Under the pieces are notes generated by a model. That model was given only the letters and a program-made list of their open reading frames with translations, did no database searches and was not told the DNA's origin. Positions 56,258 through 58,704 of a stretch of DNA of 58,704 nucleotides are shown here, piece after piece (the first letter of the stretch is position 1; every line of letters begins with the position of its first letter). Made by a program: the position numbers and the translations under genes. This DNA comes from an uncultured Caulobacteraceae bacterium. GTDB taxonomy: Bacteria; Pseudomonadota; Alphaproteobacteria; Caulobacterales; Caulobacteraceae. Location of the stretch: the NCBI GenBank assembly GCA_964243445.1, contig CAXTEX010000001.1, forward strand, positions 1 through 58,704. Reading direction: 5' to 3'.

Positions 56258-57369
56258 AGGCCGATGCCTACGAACAGGAAGGCGAAGGCGGCGTCGGCGA
56301 GGATGATGGCGAACAGGGCCTGCACCACAGCGGTGGTCACCCGACGTCCCAGCTGCTCCACATCGCCCCCGACCTCCAGGCCCTGGCGGCAGCCGATGGC
56401 GGCGATGATCACCGCCAGCACGGGCGCCTTGGCCATACCGATGTAGAAGTGGCTGACGCCCACATTGTCCAGCAGGCGTTGCACGAAGAAGGCCGGCGAC
56501 AGCCCGACCGACGCCCAGATCACCAGCGCGCCGCCCATCAGCCCCGCGATCATCGACACGAAGGTCAGCAGCGGCGTCATCGCCAGCAGGGCGATGAAAC
56601 GCGGGATGACCAGCGCCTCAAAGGGGTCCACGCCCATGACCTGCATGGCGTCGACCTCCTGGTTCATGCGCATGGCCCCGATCTCGGCGGCGAAGCTCGA
56701 GGCGGAACGGCCGGCCAGGATGATGCCGGTGACCAGCAGGCCGAACTCGCGCAGCACGCCTATGCCGACCAGCTCCACCGAAAAGACCTGCGCCCCGAAC
56801 TGGGCCAGCAGGTCCACGCCGAGGAAGGCGATGGTGGCGCCCACGAAGAAGGTGGTGGTGGCGCAGATCGGCAGGGCGTCCAGTCCCGCCCGCTCCATCA
56901 GTGAGACCGTGGGCGCCCAGCGCAGCCGGCCTGGGTGCACGACGAGCCGTCCTAGGGCGCTCAGCAGGCGGCCATAGAAGACCAGGGTGGAGAAGACTTC
57001 CTGCAGCAGATGGACCACGCCGCGCCCGAGCCGGACCAGCAGGCCGTACGCGCCGACCGGCGCGTGGGAGGCGCCTTGCGCAGGTCCGCGCCTGGCCGAC
57101 GCCACCAAGGCCATCAGCGCGCCGACGTCGGGCCGCTCGGTCGACACCGTCGGCCCCGATGCGCCGGTCGCCTGCAACAGCGCCAGGGCGCCCGCGGTGT
57201 CGAACCGGCCGAGCTGCTCAAGCTGCAGCGCGGTCGGCGGCGTCCGCCGCGCCGCCGACGCCAGCTGTGCGCCCGCGCGACCGATCCCCGTCGTGGTCCA
57301 GTCGCCCTTCAGCGCCAGCACGACGCCGTCGCCCGTCAGCCGCAGCTCGTATCCAGCCGATTGATCCAT
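56254..57369 (-). CDS. MlaE-like permease with N-terminal STAS domain
   Basis: FDTAGA STAS motif; LREFG..AGRSASSFAAEIGAMRMNQEVDAM; VTTAVVQA. Confidence 0.92.
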   Translation of the reverse strand: MDQSAGYELRLTGDGVVLALKGDWTTTGIGRAGAQLASAARRTPPTALQLEQLGRFDTAGALALLQATGASGPTVSTERPDVGALMALVASARRGPAQGASHAPVGAYGLLVRLGRGVVHLLQEVFSTLVFYGRLLSALGRLVVHPGRLRWAPTVSLMERAGLDALPICATTTFFVGATIAFLGVDLLAQFGAQVFSVELVGIGVLREFGLLVTGIILAGRSASSFAAEIGAMRMNQEVDAMQVMGVDPFEALVIPRFIALLAMTPLLTFVSMIAGLMGGALVIWASVGLSPAFFVQRLLDNVGVSHFYIGMAKAPVLAVIIAAIGCRQGLEVGGDVEQLGRRVTTAVVQALFAIILADAAFAFLFVGIGL

Positions 57370-57708
57370 GGACGCCCTTTGCTTGATCCCGCGGCCGCCT
57401 ATTAGATGTGCAGTACGGCGGGGGTATGCACCTCTTTGCAGCAGCGAGATGCGCGCCTCGGCGCCATCGCCGTCAAGCTATCACCTCACGCCAGAGCGCG
57501 CTTGCCTAGACGAGCTGCTCGAGCCATAAAGCGGTCAAATTGATGCGCGCATTTATCTGTCGTGTACATTGCTTAGAGCAGTCTTACTTCCTTGTCGATG
57601 GTCAGCGTTTGTTTGTATTCCTCATCTCGCAACAGCAGCTAGTCTGCAGCGACGTGGATGGCTTCGTGAGCCGGCGCACCGCCGCCCAGCTACACTCTCG
57701 GCCTGCTG

Positions 57709-57733
57709 GGAACGCTTTCGCTGTTCGCTTGTT
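57709..57733 (+). promoter_or_regulatory. Putative SigT/EcfG promoter
   Basis: GGAAC-N17-GTT, 35 bp upstream of the ATG at 57768. Confidence 0.6.
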
Positions 57734-57767
57734 GTAGCTGCGTACCCTTTATCCACCTCCTTGCAGG

Positions 57768-58704
57768 ATGACGACCTTGCCCGATAAGTCGCCGCGTTTC
57801 GCCTCGCCCAGCGTCGCTTCTTCCATCATCGCGCCGACCTTCTTCGGGCATAGCGGCGGCGACACGCTGATCTGCTTCTCCCATCTGCGCTGGAATTTCG
57901 TCTTCCAACGTCCCCAACACCTCATGACCCGCTTCGCCCAGACCAAGCGGGTCATCGTGTTCGAGGAGCCGACGCTGGCCGACGCGGGCGGCGGTGTGAG
58001 CCTTGATCTCAGCGAGGATGCGGGCGTCACGGTCGCCACGCCCCGGCTGCCGGAGGGTCTGTCGCCTGAGGAGACCACCGCCGCCCTCACCGGCCTGTTG
58101 GACGGGCTGGTGGCCGAGCGAGGCGTGCAGCGTCCTATCGCCTGGTACTACACGCCCATGATGCTGGAGTTCTCCCGCGGTCTGGCCGAAAAAGCCGGAG
58201 CGGTCGTCTATGACTGCATGGATGAGCTTTCCAACTTCAAGTTTGCACCCGAACGGCTGCGCCAACTTGAGCGCGATCTGGTCGGTCTGGCCGATGTCGT
58301 GTTCACCGGCGGCTACAGCCTGTACGAGGCCAAGCGCGGCTGGCACGTCAACATCCATCCCTTCCCGTCCAGCGTCGACCGGGCCCATTTCGCCAAGGCC
58401 CGCACCTTGAGCGACGCGGACGCTCCGGCTGATCAAGCCGCCCTGCCCCATCCGCGCCTGGGTTTCTATGGCGTGATCGACGAGCGCATGGATTTGAAGC
58501 TGATAGGCGCCCTGGCCGACGCCCATCCGGAGTGGTCCATCGTCATGGTCGGCCCGGTCGTAAAGCTCGACGCCGCCGACCTGCCTCGCCGCGCTAACAT
58601 CCACTACCTCGGCGGCAAGACCTATGCGGAGCTGCCCACCTATCTGGCGGGCTGGGACGTGGCGCTGGCGCCGTTCGCCATCAACGAGTCCACCCGCTTC
58701 ATCA
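57768..58704 (+). CDS. GT-B glycosyltransferase (partial; type often linked to UDP-galactopyranose mutase)
   Basis: Not in the ORF track; hand translation: LICFSHLRWNFVFQRPQHLMTRFA, WYYTPM, VYDCMDELSNF, FTGGYSLYEAK, GFYGVIDERMD; runs off the window. Confidence 0.88.
   Translation, partial: MTTLPDKSPRFASPSVASSIIAPTFFGHSGGDTLICFSHLRWNFVFQRPQHLMTRFAQTKRVIVFEEPTLADAGGGVSLDLSEDAGVTVATPRLPEGLSPEETTAALTGLLDGLVAERGVQRPIAWYYTPMMLEFSRGLAEKAGAVVYDCMDELSNFKFAPERLRQLERDLVGLADVVFTGGYSLYEAKRGWHVNIHPFPSSVDRAHFAKARTLSDADAPADQAALPHPRLGFYGVIDERMDLKLIGALADAHPEWSIVMVGPVVKLDAADLPRRANIHYLGGKTYAELPTYLAGWDVALAPFAINESTRFI

Noticed and set aside
53351-57369. MCE/Mla-Pqi operon as the sphingolipid exporter
   Set aside because: Common alphaproteobacterial operon about 15 kb from the locus, with no sequence evidence of a link
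57370-57708. AT-richer spacer with short ORFs or an FNR/FixK-like site
   Set aside because: The ORFs lack coding signal and TTGAT has no matching ATCAA half-site; treated as ordinary promoter DNA

Overview
High-GC alphaproteobacterial chromosomal DNA, most like Caulobacteraceae (cpa-type Tad locus with CtrA-like boxes, Caulobacter-like sphingolipid genes). In order: (1) Tad/Cpa pilus locus (partial cpaF, cpaE-D-C-B-A, two Flp pilins, divergent cpaI/J/K-like genes); (2) TraB/GumN protein, transaldolase, tRNA-Val(GAC), YghU-type GST, a TonB-dependent receptor behind Pho-box-like repeats, RraA-family protein, a large secreted hypothetical protein and cytochrome b561; (3) a ~19 kb sphingolipid locus. 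It has the known core (spt, ACP, CerR-like reductase, acyl-ACP synthetase, bCerS) plus a desaturase, two GT-C/ArnT-like glycosyltransferases, a cytidylyltransferase with a CDP-alcohol phosphotransferase, an MsbA-like exporter, a single-chain LptF-LptG fusion, DUF2141, a PLD-family enzyme and a GT4, but no recognisable ceramide kinase; (4) patatin, an orphan HicB, and a general-stress cluster with His-rich proteins; (5) DUF445, GMC oxidoreductase, aldehyde dehydrogenase, peroxiredoxin; (6) efp-epmA-epmB interrupted by a HExxH metallopeptidase plus PepSY-like pair; (7) an XRE repressor divergent from two small genes behind a perfect alphaproteobacterial LexA box; (8) an Mla/Pqi-type MCE transporter operon with a thioesterase, and a partial glycosyltransferase. 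The best candidates for undescribed systems are the expanded sphingolipid modification/export locus, the SOS-controlled switch module and the toxin/immunity-like insertion. All calls come from reading motifs by eye; no searches were run.
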